A DNA stretch of 64,000 nucleotides from Candidatus Poribacteria bacterium (GCA_965197475.1 CBDANF010000003.1:480001-544000), one strand, 5' to 3'; positions 30,307 through 41,358 are shown, counted from the stretch's first letter. The notes: generated by a model not told the origin, from the sequence alone. A program made the numbers and translations.

Positions 30307-31439
30307 CTTTTTTCAAGCAAGAAAAGGAATTCTCGGTTCGGTTTTCCGGCTGCGTTCACCCATTCAAGGGTCCATTTCATACCTGCCATGACGTTCCGTT
30401 TGTAATTCATCTCAACCACAGCAAGTAGTTTACCGTTCGTTAGCATCACTTCATTCAGTTCTTCCGCAGTTGCGCGTCCACCAGAACTGTATGATAGGAT
30501 AATCCAACGCGCCTGCGTTATCCTGATTAACTTTTCAATGGCTTCAACAGCGATAAAACGACCGTTTGTGTCACATCGGAACTCCTCAAATACGGATGCT
30601 GAAAGTTGATCGGAGGTATCTTTACGTCGTTTTGCCTTACCGAACAGTGTTGGTTCGTCAAAGAGAATAACGCTTTTCCAGAGATGATAGTATGCCGCGT
30701 ATCTCACGCGGGAGGGAGGCATTTTCTCGTTGTTTGAACCGTAGGGTGGATCAAAGTATGCAAGGTCTACAGAAACGCGCGAGACAAGATCAAAGATGTC
30801 GGTTTGATAAACTTCGTGGTTTCCTTCTGACGTAAAAACTTTTGGCACTTCAAGCACTAATTCTTTATAGGCGCGAGGTGCCCAATCTTTGAGATAGGCG
30901 GAATAATGACCGAGGGTACTATCAACGCGATCCAACCCCAAAATTAGGCTTGTTAATGCCACTGCTTTTTCAACCTTATCCAGTTTGAGATTTTCAATTT
31001 CCTGCCGAATCGCATCTAATTTACGTGTATTGTGTAGCTGCCACGGTTTCTTAAGTCCATCTGCTTGGATTGCACTACCGGTGTTGGCGTGTCCGCCATA
31101 ATGCTCTGTGAACCACCCATCAATCGATGGGATAGTGTTTAGATGGTCAATAAGGGGTTGATATTCTGATCGGGGTTTTGTGTTGAGAAGGTAGCAAGTT
31201 CCCAAAACTTCTGACCACGAGGCAATGTCGTTGCATACGACGGTATAACCGAGTTTGGCGAATGCTTGTGAGACACGGGTTGTGCCTGAAAAACCGTCTA
31301 AAATTGTCTTGGCATCAACTTTTTTGGCGAGTTGGAGTATTTGTGGGATAAGTTTTAGTTTGGAACCAGCGTATTTTATGCCTTCTGTGGGAGGTACATT
31401 AAGGACAAAGTTATCAAAGAGAGGAAGTGTTTGTGCCAT
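30303..31439 (-). CDS. Adenine-specific DNA methyltransferase (D12 class)
   Basis: KYAGSK, DGFSGT (motif I), YFDPPY (motif IV). Confidence 0.88.
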   Translation of the reverse strand: MAQTLPLFDNFVLNVPPTEGIKYAGSKLKLIPQILQLAKKVDAKTILDGFSGTTRVSQAFAKLGYTVVCNDIASWSEVLGTCYLLNTKPRSEYQPLIDHLNTIPSIDGWFTEHYGGHANTGSAIQADGLKKPWQLHNTRKLDAIRQEIENLKLDKVEKAVALTSLILGLDRVDSTLGHYSAYLKDWAPRAYKELVLEVPKVFTSEGNHEVYQTDIFDLVSRVSVDLAYFDPPYGSNNEKMPPSRVRYAAYYHLWKSVILFDEPTLFGKAKRRKDTSDQLSASVFEEFRCDTNGRFIAVEAIEKLIRITQARWIILSYSSGGRATAEELNEVMLTNGKLLAVVEMNYKRNVMAGMKWTLEWVNAAGKPNREFLFLLEKS

Positions 31440-31475
31440 GCTTTTAACATCTCTCTACTTTGATGACTTCCCCGA

Positions 31476-31709
31476 TTAAGAAACTTGGACATTGGTAAGT
31501 GAAAGTTCTTTAGCGTATCCCTTATCTAAAACTGTTTCCTGAATGAAAGTGCTTGCATTGAGAATCTCAATACCGATGAGTTCACCGTTATCATTCAATT
31601 CAGCTGTGATATTAGGACTCAACTCTAAACTGCCACTTTGGGGTTCATCAGAAATCACAAGATGTAATATATTTTCTTTGTCAAAATATTTCATCTGCGG
31701 TTTAGTCAT
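31476..31709 (-). CDS. DUF2283 family protein
   Basis: YFDKENILHL...ELNDNGELIGIEILNAS. Confidence 0.8.
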   Translation of the reverse strand: MTKPQMKYFDKENILHLVISDEPQSGSLELSPNITAELNDNGELIGIEILNASTFIQETVLDKGYAKELSLTNVQVS

Positions 31710-32025
31710 TGGTTGGTTTTCCCACTACTTTCGATTCTATCCTTTTCAGGGCACAGAGACGGTATTTTCCATGTCCTACCCGCCAGTATCTACGCTTACC
31801 TCTATATTTGCTGTCTTTTGAATCGGAATTGACACAATCTATTGATAGTTCCGCCCCTATGTTCACCATCTTAAAGTCAGGGTACTTTTTCTTGATGATT
31901 GGTTCAAGGTCTGCCTTCATAAAGACTCTATTTGTATCTCTGTCGGTAAATTCCTGTGCCGCTTCCCAGACTACCTGATTTACAGGTACGGGGCCAGACC
32001 AACGCTCTGTAAGTTTTATTTCCAT
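31702..32025 (-). CDS. Stand-alone winged-helix-like protein, paralogue of the NucS C-terminal domain
   Basis: QVVWEAAQEFT..KYPDF..GKYRL aligns with QIVWEAVQEFT..KHPDF..DKYRL. Confidence 0.65.
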   Translation of the reverse strand: MEIKLTERWSGPVPVNQVVWEAAQEFTDRDTNRVFMKADLEPIIKKKYPDFKMVNIGAELSIDCVNSDSKDSKYRGKRRYWRVGHGKYRLCALKRIESKVVGKPTND

Positions 32026-32030
32026 ATTAG

Positions 32031-32969
32031 TTAGTCTCCATCACTTTCCATTCTATCCTTTTCTGGATCATATAGGCGGTATTTATCCCTTCCTATCCAC
32101 CTATATCTATCCTCCCCTCTGGGATAGTTCCGTCGTGTCGGGAACTTAACACAGCACCCCCTTATCCATCTTCTTACTTTTTCCACATTGAAATCAGGAT
32201 GCTTACCCGAAACGACTCGTTCAATTTCTTTGAGAGAGAATATAGCGTTTGGATCGCCTTTTGTAAATTCCTGAACTGCTTCCCATACAATCTGTTCTAA
32301 TGGTTCATCGCTTGGAGGGCGCGGAGGAGAGGAAGACTTTTTCCGGGATTTATTAGGTACAGCGAACTGCTCATCTCCAACAATTGTTTCTGTACTAACG
32401 ACGATTTCACCTAACTCTGTCTGGAATATGGAGACAGCTATGCAGGTAACATCTATACCGTGTGAAGTTCGGAGGAAACGGCAGACACGTGTGACTCGCT
32501 CTGGTATCTCTTCTGCGACTATGAATAGACGCAATGTGCAATTGAGCGGAGGGAATTCGCTTGTCTCAGACATATCAAATACTGCCCTAAAGACCTCATC
32601 AAAAGTTTTGCCTTCAAACTCGCCCCGAGTTTGAAAGTAATTTTCAGCTATCTCACGAATCTGCGATTCCGAAAGTCGCTCTGCCCACGCAGCATAGTCA
32701 AGCAGTTGTGCTACTACCTCGCGTGGAGTCCGCCCTTTTTTTAGTTCAACGATGACGAGGTTCCCTTGAAAGTCAACTCCAAGTAGGTCAGAATACATGG
32801 TGTTTTCTTCATCTGTAACACTCGTTTGCCGACCAATCCAAAGAAAATCCTCTTGAGCAAGAGTCTGGCTCGGACTATTCTCAAGCCAGTCTTCCAGATG
32901 ACTTTCGAGTTCCATATCAGTTTCTTGCGCGATGACAAGTTTATCATTCTGTAATCTAAAAATAGGCAT
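32031..32969 (-). CDS. NucS/DUF91-like PD-(D/E)xK endonuclease with C-terminal wHTH-like domain
   Basis: E..LE.WL, IGRQ, DLLGVD..GNLVIVELKKG, REVVAQLLDY. Confidence 0.82.
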   Translation of the reverse strand: MPIFRLQNDKLVIAQETDMELESHLEDWLENSPSQTLAQEDFLWIGRQTSVTDEENTMYSDLLGVDFQGNLVIVELKKGRTPREVVAQLLDYAAWAERLSESQIREIAENYFQTRGEFEGKTFDEVFRAVFDMSETSEFPPLNCTLRLFIVAEEIPERVTRVCRFLRTSHGIDVTCIAVSIFQTELGEIVVSTETIVGDEQFAVPNKSRKKSSSPPRPPSDEPLEQIVWEAVQEFTKGDPNAIFSLKEIERVVSGKHPDFNVEKVRRWIRGCCVKFPTRRNYPRGEDRYRWIGRDKYRLYDPEKDRMESDGD

Positions 32970-33071
32970 TGTTTTAGGGTGTATGTAAATTGATTGAATT
33001 AATAGACAATTCGTAAAAAGCGCGCTTAGAAAGCGCGCCTACCAAGGGAAACACTGTTACTAAAGGGCAAT

Positions 33072-33935
33072 TTACCGCACAAAACAGGAAAGAAATTCGT
33101 GAGAACGCAAAAGACCTTCTGACTCAGCTTCCCATGTGCGCCAATAACGGTAATCTTCCAGCTCAACGCTAACAATACCGTTGAAGTCTACATCTTCAAG
33201 AAGCTGCACTACTTTCAGCCAATCCACAACGCCATCACCGGGAATTGTGTATCGCCACCAATCTTCACCGAACCCACGTGGTCCGTGAAAACTCGGTCCC
33301 AAATTGCCGTGCAGGTAAAGTGCTTCCTCGTCAAAAGCAGTATCTTTTCCGTGAACATGTTTAACATAAGAAGCAAATTCGTTGAGTGCGCGAATATGGT
33401 CAATACCAATTCTGACAAGGTGTGACGGGTCATAGTTGAGACCTAAACCAGTGGAAGGACATTCAGCAAACATGGCACGCCACATTTCAGGCGTACACCC
33501 GAGCGCAGGATACGCAGGTGCACCACCGGGCCAGCCTTCTATGGCAATCGTTACGCCTTGCGACTCAGCGAATTCTGCAATAGGTGGGACGGTATCTTTC
33601 CATATATCAAAGTTTTTGCCGCGTCCGAGGCTTGCATCTTCTGGAACAAAAACGCAGAACATAATGTGAACATCGTTATCAGCAGCAGCTTGTATAGCAG
33701 ATTTCGCCCTTTCCGCACCAGATTTCTGCGTGGATTTTTTTGCGCTGAGAAGTTCGCGAGTCCCAGGCAAATCCGCTGTCCCAATTTCCAAGCCTGCATC
33801 CCTCGCTGTTTTGACGACTTCGGGGGTTGCTTCTCCAATATCAATTGCTTCAAATCCGTTATCAGCACACCACTTACAGAAATCCGAGAACGGCATTTGA
33901 CGCGCTGTGCCGGGAATACGTAAACCTATTTTCAT
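33072..33935 (-). CDS. Sugar phosphate isomerase/epimerase family
   Basis: IAIEG, LNYDPSH, HVHGKD, PGDGVVDW, SVELE. Confidence 0.85.
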   Translation of the reverse strand: MKIGLRIPGTARQMPFSDFCKWCADNGFEAIDIGEATPEVVKTARDAGLEIGTADLPGTRELLSAKKSTQKSGAERAKSAIQAAADNDVHIMFCVFVPEDASLGRGKNFDIWKDTVPPIAEFAESQGVTIAIEGWPGGAPAYPALGCTPEMWRAMFAECPSTGLGLNYDPSHLVRIGIDHIRALNEFASYVKHVHGKDTAFDEEALYLHGNLGPSFHGPRGFGEDWWRYTIPGDGVVDWLKVVQLLEDVDFNGIVSVELEDYRYWRTWEAESEGLLRSHEFLSCFVR

Positions 33936-33972
33936 ATTTTTCCTTTTTCCTCTATTTCTTGTGGAGTGGTTT

Positions 33973-35193
33973 CTAATATCCCATTAATCCGCAACAACGG
34001 CGACATACCGGCATCGGACCATCTGTACTAATAGATTGCCGGAATTTCATCGCCTTCTGATTATTCCACATATCAACAACCTTGTCATCTTTGATGTTGC
34101 CAATAATATAGTCATGGTAATCCCGACATAGACTCACGTCTCCGTTGCTATCAATTTCTAAAGTCATATAGATACTAACACACTGGTTGTAACCAAAGGT
34201 TTGCTCATGGTCAGTGTAGTAGCGTTGAATTTCACCTTTTGAGTTTAACCTCGGCATCATGACAGGTGGACATCGCTTCTGCTTTTCAGAAAGATTTTCC
34301 ATCTCTTCAAACCGATCCAGAATTACGCCATGGTCAAAATCGTGCCATGTGCCAATCCATCCGTAATGCGTTTGTGGTTTGAACCCAAAACGTCTTTCAA
34401 ACTCCTCCGTATGTTCCTGAGCGGATTCAGCATCTATCCACCATGTCAAGTAGAAGATTTGCGCATCTGCAAATTGGCTGGTGAACTTGTAAAGATCAAC
34501 CACTACATCAATGTTATACATCGTGACACAGCTAAGCGGGATAATATAAGGGAAATTTTGGTTTCGCCGTTCTTTCTCCGCACTGAGGATTTCCAACGCT
34601 GCTTTGACATCCTTGAAGCTGTCATAGTTTTCTGAAACACCAGGGCGTTGTGTATTGTGGATTTCCTCATTCGGTCCATCAACGCTTAGGTAGATAATTT
34701 TGCATGTTTCCAAAATATCGTCAGCACGTCTTGCGATGTTAGTAGCGTTGCTAACAAGAGAGATAGGCATCCCTTTCTCTTTGATGTAGTGCATCAATTC
34801 TATAATGCCGGGATAAAGCATCGGTTCACCACCCCAGATGTACCACACAGGAGACCAGCCTGCATCAACAATCTGGTCAACCAGATTTTTATAGATTTCC
34901 ACAGGTACTTCGCGTTGTTTTAATTCTTTAAGTGATTTGCCGACGAGGTACCCGTTATCCCCCCACTGCCCACAGGAATGACAACGCAGATTACACATAT
35001 CCGTAATACGGAGACTAACTAACTGAATATCATCCCCCTTGCCATGCTTCGCGCCAAACGGGTGACGCATGTTGAAGGTTTCTTTCGCAAACTGGTAACG
35101 CATCAACTTACGCGAAGTGCTCCAATCCTCTGTTACTGCGGTTGCCAGTTGGTTAACAAGGAACCGCGATGAGATTCGACTTCTTAGTGACAT
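33973..35193 (-). CDS. Radical SAM protein with SPASM/twitch domain
   Basis: CNLRCHSC, WGGEP, C-terminal C...GDVSLC...CRRCC. Confidence 0.88.
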   Translation of the reverse strand: MSLRSRISSRFLVNQLATAVTEDWSTSRKLMRYQFAKETFNMRHPFGAKHGKGDDIQLVSLRITDMCNLRCHSCGQWGDNGYLVGKSLKELKQREVPVEIYKNLVDQIVDAGWSPVWYIWGGEPMLYPGIIELMHYIKEKGMPISLVSNATNIARRADDILETCKIIYLSVDGPNEEIHNTQRPGVSENYDSFKDVKAALEILSAEKERRNQNFPYIIPLSCVTMYNIDVVVDLYKFTSQFADAQIFYLTWWIDAESAQEHTEEFERRFGFKPQTHYGWIGTWHDFDHGVILDRFEEMENLSEKQKRCPPVMMPRLNSKGEIQRYYTDHEQTFGYNQCVSIYMTLEIDSNGDVSLCRDYHDYIIGNIKDDKVVDMWNNQKAMKFRQSISTDGPMPVCRRCCGLMGY

Positions 35194-35282
35194 AAATACT
35201 CCTTTCCATAAGGCAAGGCATTAACTCAGCCTTTGGAAAATCGGATGTAAAATTACATATTAAATTTTTAAAGATGTATTGG

Positions 35283-35696
35283 TTAGGATTCGTCATCTGA
35301 CTTCACAAGTGTAAGTGCTGCTGAATTGAGACAGTAACGTTTCCCTGTTGGTTTTGGTCCATCATTGAACACATGTCCAAGGTGTGCGTCACAACGACTA
35401 CAAACGACTTCAGTACGCGGCATGAAAAAGATGCTGAAATCCGTTTTTGTCTCAATACAACCAGAGGAAACAGGATCCCAAAAACTGGGCCATCCTGTTC
35501 CGGAATCATATTTTGTTTCTGAGGTAAAAAGTGGACTACCACAACAGATACAGCGATAGGTGCCTTGTTCTTTACAATCGTGGTATTGGCCTGTAAAAGC
35601 ACGCTCGGTCCCCTTCTTCCGAGTGACTTTATATTCTTCAGGTGAGAGTTGTTCTTTCCACTCGTGGTCTGATTTAGTTATTTTTTCTACACCCAT
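35283..35696 (-). CDS. msrB: Peptide methionine sulfoxide reductase B
   Basis: [33 protein letters not shown]. Confidence 0.96.
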   Translation of the reverse strand: MGVEKITKSDHEWKEQLSPEEYKVTRKKGTERAFTGQYHDCKEQGTYRCICCGSPLFTSETKYDSGTGWPSFWDPVSSGCIETKTDFSIFFMPRTEVVCSRCDAHLGHVFNDGPKPTGKRYCLNSAALTLVKSDDES

Positions 35697-35866
35697 TTTT
35701 CACTCCTCAATTTTCTTGCTGTATACTATCACATATTTTGACAAAAAATGCAAGGATGTTTTATAGTTTAGACAGCACCATTCAATTCTCGGAAGTACTC
35801 TTGTAAGAAGACATTGTAAATCACCCTACAATTTAACGAAATTTTGTATAGAACATTTTAAAATAC

Positions 35867-37093
35867 TTAATTTTTTTTCTTCACCGGCCCTAAAACCTTG
35901 CATGTAGTGGCAGAAAGGATTTCATATCGCACGCCGCCCCAAACGATCTTCCGCTGGAACATAGCATACAAAGCATTGATACCCGCGAGGAAAATGGAAA
36001 ACGGTGCAGCGTATTTACTGATACGGAGTGTGTCCCGCACCCTCGGCGTATCGCGTAGCCACTGCGGAAGATTTCGGCAACAGAGTCGATAACTTATCAC
36101 CTCAAAAAATGGTATGAAAATGACCGGTAGGAGTCCCGGTTTAGAACCCAGAAAAGGAATAGCAAACGGAATTGCGCCAAAAATCAGAACTGCTTTCGGG
36201 AGAAAGAGAATCAAACTGCCAAACCACTGTGCCCACAAACCCATGTGGCGTGTCATAATCATCTGGCGATTTGTAAATTCAAAAATCTGCCCCCATGTTC
36301 GGTTTGATGTACGCGTAACCGCGACGCAATCAGGAACAAAATGTATTTTACGTTTAACGTCTCGGACAGCGCGAGTCGTGTTGAGGTCTTCAATAGTTGC
36401 TTGCTCCCAACGTTGTAGTATCTGCCCTTTTTCAAGGAATTCGCGCCGAAATGCGTTAGAACCGCCCCATACCATTGTAAGACGATGGTCTCCCTGTAAT
36501 GCCATTTGGAAGTTAACCCAAGTGGCTTCAACAAGAGATGGAAAGTTCCAAGTTTGTGGGAAATAGAATCTACCGCCGACAGTCGCGCCGATTTCAGGAT
36601 CCTGAAGTGGTGTAACAAGAAGCCTAAGCCAATCTTTCCGGATTGCCACATCAGCGTCCACAAAAGCGATAACTTCAACATCTTTGGGTAAACTTTTGAT
36701 TACGGTCATAAGGTTCTGCACTTTTTGAGAACGTGGTAGATTGTTTTCAACGATGTTCGGTGCTAAAAGGACATCAGCATGTGGAACATTTTCTACAAGT
36801 TCTTGTAGATGTGGGTAAGAGACATCATAGCCGTTGCCAGCTTTTTGGTGCGTCACGAAGCAGACCTGATATTCGCCAGCGTAATTCTGATGAAGCAAAC
36901 TCATTGCGTGCTCAGCAGTATCGTCATCCCACCCATAGTGAGGAGCGACTATAGCCACTTTTGGCGTATATGCAGGTCTCTCGGTCTTCCGTTCACGACG
37001 TGCATAGAAAAAGGATTGACTAATCAATAACAACTCAAGGATGAAGAAAAAGTAGGTGGTTAGAAGAATAAAAGATGTGTTCATAGTATTCAA
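35867..37093 (-). CDS. GT2 glycosyltransferase (ceramide glucosyltransferase/HpnI-like)
   Basis: KVQNL, FVDAD, WGGS, IED, RQ, WGGVRY; TM segments. Confidence 0.8.
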   Translation of the reverse strand: MNTMNTSFILLTTYFFFILELLLISQSFFYARRERKTERPAYTPKVAIVAPHYGWDDDTAEHAMSLLHQNYAGEYQVCFVTHQKAGNGYDVSYPHLQELVENVPHADVLLAPNIVENNLPRSQKVQNLMTVIKSLPKDVEVIAFVDADVAIRKDWLRLLVTPLQDPEIGATVGGRFYFPQTWNFPSLVEATWVNFQMALQGDHRLTMVWGGSNAFRREFLEKGQILQRWEQATIEDLNTTRAVRDVKRKIHFVPDCVAVTRTSNRTWGQIFEFTNRQMIMTRHMGLWAQWFGSLILFLPKAVLIFGAIPFAIPFLGSKPGLLPVIFIPFFEVISYRLCCRNLPQWLRDTPRVRDTLRISKYAAPFSIFLAGINALYAMFQRKIVWGGVRYEILSATTCKVLGPVKKKN

Positions 37094-37195
37094 TGTAAAA
37101 CCGATAACTAACCTATAGATATTGGAATATCTATAGGCGTTGGCTTTTCTTTCCTCCTATCAATCGATCAATATGTGGTTAAAAATGTTTTGAAA

Positions 37196-39034
37196 TTACT
37201 CATCTTCTGTAGTACGAAGCCACTCAAGTTTCGTTTTAAGTTTTTGAATTAGTTCAGCATTGATCAAAAAAATTTGATCGGGTTCATTCTGAAGCCTGGC
37301 ATAGTAGTGACCAGATGTACCAGTCTTGCCGATTTGCAAAGTGAAAACTCTCTGAATCCGTAATTCTACGGTGATTTGGACTTGTGGCGAACTGAAACCG
37401 GTTTTAGTATCAGGCAGATCAATATTTTCATCTAATAGAGTTCTGTCAACAAATTCTTCTGCTTTTAAATCGATCAATCCATACAGAAGAGCGTTGACTT
37501 CAGCATTGTTTGCGTTTTCTTGGACGGGCGAAGTCAACCTCCAATTACTACCAAGACGTTGGCATGTGATTGAAACTCTATTATTTTTTTGTGAACCGTC
37601 ACTATATTGTACAGTAAAACGTATTGGATCATCAATACTAAATTTGAAAATTTGCTTATCTCGGAGCCACGCTTCACCTTTTGCTATTTTATCAATGAGG
37701 TCACGTTCAACACGGGTAATCTGTTCTGAATTGTTGGCTTTGACGTATACGGTATCATCTTTGGCAAAGTTCCCGATAAGCAGTTCCGTAGGTTTTTCTT
37801 CACCACGTATCGTAAATATTACTCGTATTGACGGTGTTTCTAAACCATATAATACGAGATTTTTTGCTGAGTCGGTAACAAACGCAACCGTTTCCAGTGA
37901 ATCGATGCCGAAAAGCAGGTCGCTAACCGCCTGTGGATCAGCCACTGTTTTTTCTGAACCTTGTAGTTGCCATGTATCCTTACGCAGCTTAATGCAAACA
38001 ATTTTTTGCGTATTGCGTTGGATTTCAAATTTAGTTGTGTCTTCTCGCTGAAAATCGAGTACGCGTTTATCACGCAGGTCAAAAACGGATTTATTCAGAA
38101 GTCGGATGATGCTCTCGTTAACCGTGTATATTCCGCCTTGATGGATGGATTTGACATAGACGCGTCCCTTTTCATTACTATCTTGGTCCGGAGCAGACAG
38201 AACGGCTGAACCGACATCAAGTCCATAAGTTCCATTTGCATCTTTTAACAAAAACTTGATGCGTGGGTTGTCTAAACCGGACTTTTCTAAAAGTGGCATA
38301 ACATCGGAACCATCCGCTTCAAAGGTGGACACCTGAAGTGAATGCAATTCCGATAGGATGTAATCAATTTCCTGTGTGTCAGCATTCACAGATAGTGGGT
38401 GTGTCATTTTCCAGTCGTATCCTTTTTTCTGACACGAAAGCACCTCAGGCTTTTGAAATTGAATATCAGTGACTGAAGTGGGATTGAATTTAATAACTGA
38501 TCGGTCACGAAGATCCGTTGGAGATTTTGCGAGATCGTCAAGCGCACTGGATTCTATCAAGAAAATATGCGCTTCCGATTGCTCTTTGGTGTAAACAGAA
38601 AAGTTTATCCCCTTTTTGCCGATGAGAAAGGTTTTTGGTGAAACGTCAAGGTCTTTCCACAGTTCTACTTTAATTGTAGGTATCTCCAATCCATACTGCT
38701 TATGTGTAGTCACTTCAAGGGTTTGTTTGATGCGTTTGTTGAGAAAATCTCCTAACATTTCGTTAACTTTCGCGGTATCTGAGTGAGCATTAAATGGTGT
38801 TGTTAACTGCCATATTTTATTAGCATCTTTCACTACGGTCAATGTTTGATATGCATCATCAGTGTATGAGAGTCGGATTTGCCTGATTTGTCCTATCGGC
38901 AAGTCGTATACTTCAGAGATTTTCGGTTTTTTGTTCTCCGTAGTCTTATCAGTAGATCCATTAAAAAAAAGAAAATACGTTACCGCAATCCCCACCAACA
39001 CGATTATAATGATAAAGGTTGATCGGAAGCTCAC
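37196..39034 (-). CDS. DUF4340 repeat protein
   Basis: Repeated W.LT.P...AD, YGL..P and DLRD motifs; follows GldG. Confidence 0.85.
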   Translation of the reverse strand: MSFRSTFIIIIVLVGIAVTYFLFFNGSTDKTTENKKPKISEVYDLPIGQIRQIRLSYTDDAYQTLTVVKDANKIWQLTTPFNAHSDTAKVNEMLGDFLNKRIKQTLEVTTHKQYGLEIPTIKVELWKDLDVSPKTFLIGKKGINFSVYTKEQSEAHIFLIESSALDDLAKSPTDLRDRSVIKFNPTSVTDIQFQKPEVLSCQKKGYDWKMTHPLSVNADTQEIDYILSELHSLQVSTFEADGSDVMPLLEKSGLDNPRIKFLLKDANGTYGLDVGSAVLSAPDQDSNEKGRVYVKSIHQGGIYTVNESIIRLLNKSVFDLRDKRVLDFQREDTTKFEIQRNTQKIVCIKLRKDTWQLQGSEKTVADPQAVSDLLFGIDSLETVAFVTDSAKNLVLYGLETPSIRVIFTIRGEEKPTELLIGNFAKDDTVYVKANNSEQITRVERDLIDKIAKGEAWLRDKQIFKFSIDDPIRFTVQYSDGSQKNNRVSITCQRLGSNWRLTSPVQENANNAEVNALLYGLIDLKAEEFVDRTLLDENIDLPDTKTGFSSPQVQITVELRIQRVFTLQIGKTGTSGHYYARLQNEPDQIFLINAELIQKLKTKLEWLRTTEDE

Positions 39035-40620
39035 GCAGTCCCTCCTTCACGGCGTAACCACCAGACAACGATTCCAGCAATAAACACGATTAACGGGATT
39101 AGAAAAACAGAAGTTATTCGCACAAGACCGGCATCTTGGTCAGTCATCCTACGTAAGACTTGTTTGCTCGGATCAATTGGACGAATAGCAATGAGGTCCT
39201 CCTCTTCAGTGAGCCAATTGACTGTGGCTAAAAAGAGGTCGCGACTTGGTGGTCCGAAAAAGAATTTCGCTGCAAAGTCCGAATCTCCAAATACGACAAT
39301 TCGAGTTAGGCTTGATCCGGTTCCAGTCTCTGTGCTTTCGTTAATTTTCTTTTCAACCGCAACAGCAATAGACACAGGTCCTGGCGTATCCACCCCGGGA
39401 TTATAGACATAGTTGCCGAATGTCCCATCCTGTTTTCGTTGTGTCTCACCCCAACTAAACCCCACTGGACTGATAGTTTCCGCTATGGATTTAACGCTGA
39501 GATCGGCTTTCCTATCTTCAATCGGTGTAACGGAGCGTGTATACGGAAACGAGAGGGGATATCGCATTACCTTAGTGATGTCGTGAATTACGAAGCCAGG
39601 AACTGGCGCGCTAGGTCCTTGGAGAACATCATAACGATCCTTGTGAACGTCAATTACCAGATCATTTCCTACTGCCACTCCCCATTTTTTCATCAGTTGT
39701 ACGAGTCCTTTATTTATATCTTGAGCAGAACTCGATGGATTCAGCAATAGGAGCAGCTTTCCGTTCTGTGCGAGATATTTTTCAATTAATCTAATTTCAT
39801 TGGGTGACAAACCATTTTTTGGTCCGGCAATGACAAGTAGTTCACAATCTCCTGGAATATCGGATTGTGTTAGGAACGAGTGAGAAAATACGGCGTAGTT
39901 TTGATTCTCCAATTCTTCTTTTACGTCGCTATACCCCATATTGCTAAGGTCGTTAATATCATGCTCGCCATGACCCTCAAGGAAATATACATTTTTGGTT
40001 TTGTTCTGAATGATTTTGAGAAGTGCGCTGGTGAATTTCTGCTCGTCAACAACAGTCACCTTCTCCTGCCGTTTTTCATCATCAAAAATTGTTGTTCCAT
40101 CCCTCTCAATATTATACTTTTCCGCAAGCGTATTTTCAATGTCAGGATCTTTAAATGACACTGTTATAAATTTAGTTTCGTGCTGGTACAATTCCAGCCA
40201 ATGTTTCGCTTGTGGCATCTGAGGATGGGTGTCTTTGAAAAATGCGATTACCTGAACTTTTTTATCAAGTTTTTTTAAAATCTGCATTGTTTGTTCAGAT
40301 AGCGAATTGAACCGCAATTCTGTTAAATCTACTCTTTTATCAAACCGTTGCACAACAATAACGTTGACAAAAACCGCTATGCTTATAACGCCAAGAATGC
40401 TCAGTGCGACGTTTGTGCCGTAACGCAGCTGCCGACTCACAAAAAAGTTAGCAAATTCCTTAAAACGCAATCTTGCAAAAACAGCAAGTGATACTAAACA
40501 GAGAATTAGACAAATCGTAAAAGCTAACCATGCTTTAAGGAAAAAACATGCAATCGAAACAAAACAGAAAATTAAGGTCAGAAAGCCAAACATGGGTCCA
40601 GCAACGTTTCTTCTTGCCAT
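39031..40620 (-). CDS. GldG-like ABC transporter auxiliary component
   Basis: DLT...SLSEQT, YFLEGHGE, VVFGDSDF, VNWL. Confidence 0.85.
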   Translation of the reverse strand: MARRNVAGPMFGFLTLIFCFVSIACFFLKAWLAFTICLILCLVSLAVFARLRFKEFANFFVSRQLRYGTNVALSILGVISIAVFVNVIVVQRFDKRVDLTELRFNSLSEQTMQILKKLDKKVQVIAFFKDTHPQMPQAKHWLELYQHETKFITVSFKDPDIENTLAEKYNIERDGTTIFDDEKRQEKVTVVDEQKFTSALLKIIQNKTKNVYFLEGHGEHDINDLSNMGYSDVKEELENQNYAVFSHSFLTQSDIPGDCELLVIAGPKNGLSPNEIRLIEKYLAQNGKLLLLLNPSSSAQDINKGLVQLMKKWGVAVGNDLVIDVHKDRYDVLQGPSAPVPGFVIHDITKVMRYPLSFPYTRSVTPIEDRKADLSVKSIAETISPVGFSWGETQRKQDGTFGNYVYNPGVDTPGPVSIAVAVEKKINESTETGTGSSLTRIVVFGDSDFAAKFFFGPPSRDLFLATVNWLTEEEDLIAIRPIDPSKQVLRRMTDQDAGLVRITSVFLIPLIVFIAGIVVWWLRREGGTA

Positions 40621-40623
40621 ACC

Positions 40624-41358
40624 TTATCTCCATTTTGATGACTCAATTGACTTGAACGTTGCAAAAAGACAGATACCTGTAAAGCTAACGTAGTAGACGA
40701 CATCTTTTAGCTGGATGACACCGCGTGCAAAATCGTTATAGTGCTCAATAAATGAGAGGTAACTCAGGAACTGTCCAATTGATCCAGCACGACCGGAGGG
40801 TGTCCCTATTACCCATAATGTCAAAAAAAAACCAAAACTCGTCAAGGCAGCAATAATTTGATTCTTACTCATTGAGGACATCAGTAAACCGAATGCAAGA
40901 AAGCATGAACTGATGAGAATGAGACCGAGGTAGCCACTCAGAAGAAGACCCGCGTCTAAGGGGCCGAAACGTTGTGTCAAAAACGGGAAGAGGAACGTCA
41001 AGACAAGCATAATGATAAGCAGTGTCCAACTTGCAAGAAATTTTCCGAGTACTACCTGACTATCAGTAATCGGAGAGGTAAGAAGCAATTCAATAGTCCC
41101 AGACTTGCGTTCTTCGGCGAATAGTTTCATTGTTAACACTGGCGTAAAAAATAGGAGGATGACAGCTAGTTGTCCGAAGACTGACTGCATCACACCAATA
41201 CCATAACCGCCGTTGGTGCTTGCATATATTAAAGCGATAAAAAAAAGAAACCCTGAAATCGCTGAAAAAACAATACAGACAAAATAGGCGATCGGTGAAA
41301 CGAAGTAGGTGTAGAGTTCTTTAGTGCAAACTGCAAGTATGTTTCTCATTTTCAGCAT
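40624..41358 (-). CDS. GldF-like ABC-2 permease
   Basis: KEL..YF.SPIAY, EERKSGTIELLLTSP, GKFLA, KNQIIAA. Confidence 0.88.
   Translation of the reverse strand: MLKMRNILAVCTKELYTYFVSPIAYFVCIVFSAISGFLFFIALIYASTNGGYGIGVMQSVFGQLAVILLFFTPVLTMKLFAEERKSGTIELLLTSPITDSQVVLGKFLASWTLLIIMLVLTFLFPFLTQRFGPLDAGLLLSGYLGLILISSCFLAFGLLMSSMSKNQIIAALTSFGFFLTLWVIGTPSGRAGSIGQFLSYLSFIEHYNDFARGVIQLKDVVYYVSFTGICLFATFKSIESSKWR

Noticed and set aside
37371-38051. 226-aa plus-strand ORF and other antisense or overlapping ORFs in the track
   Set aside because: They are shadows of well-supported genes on the other strand or frame, with no motifs.
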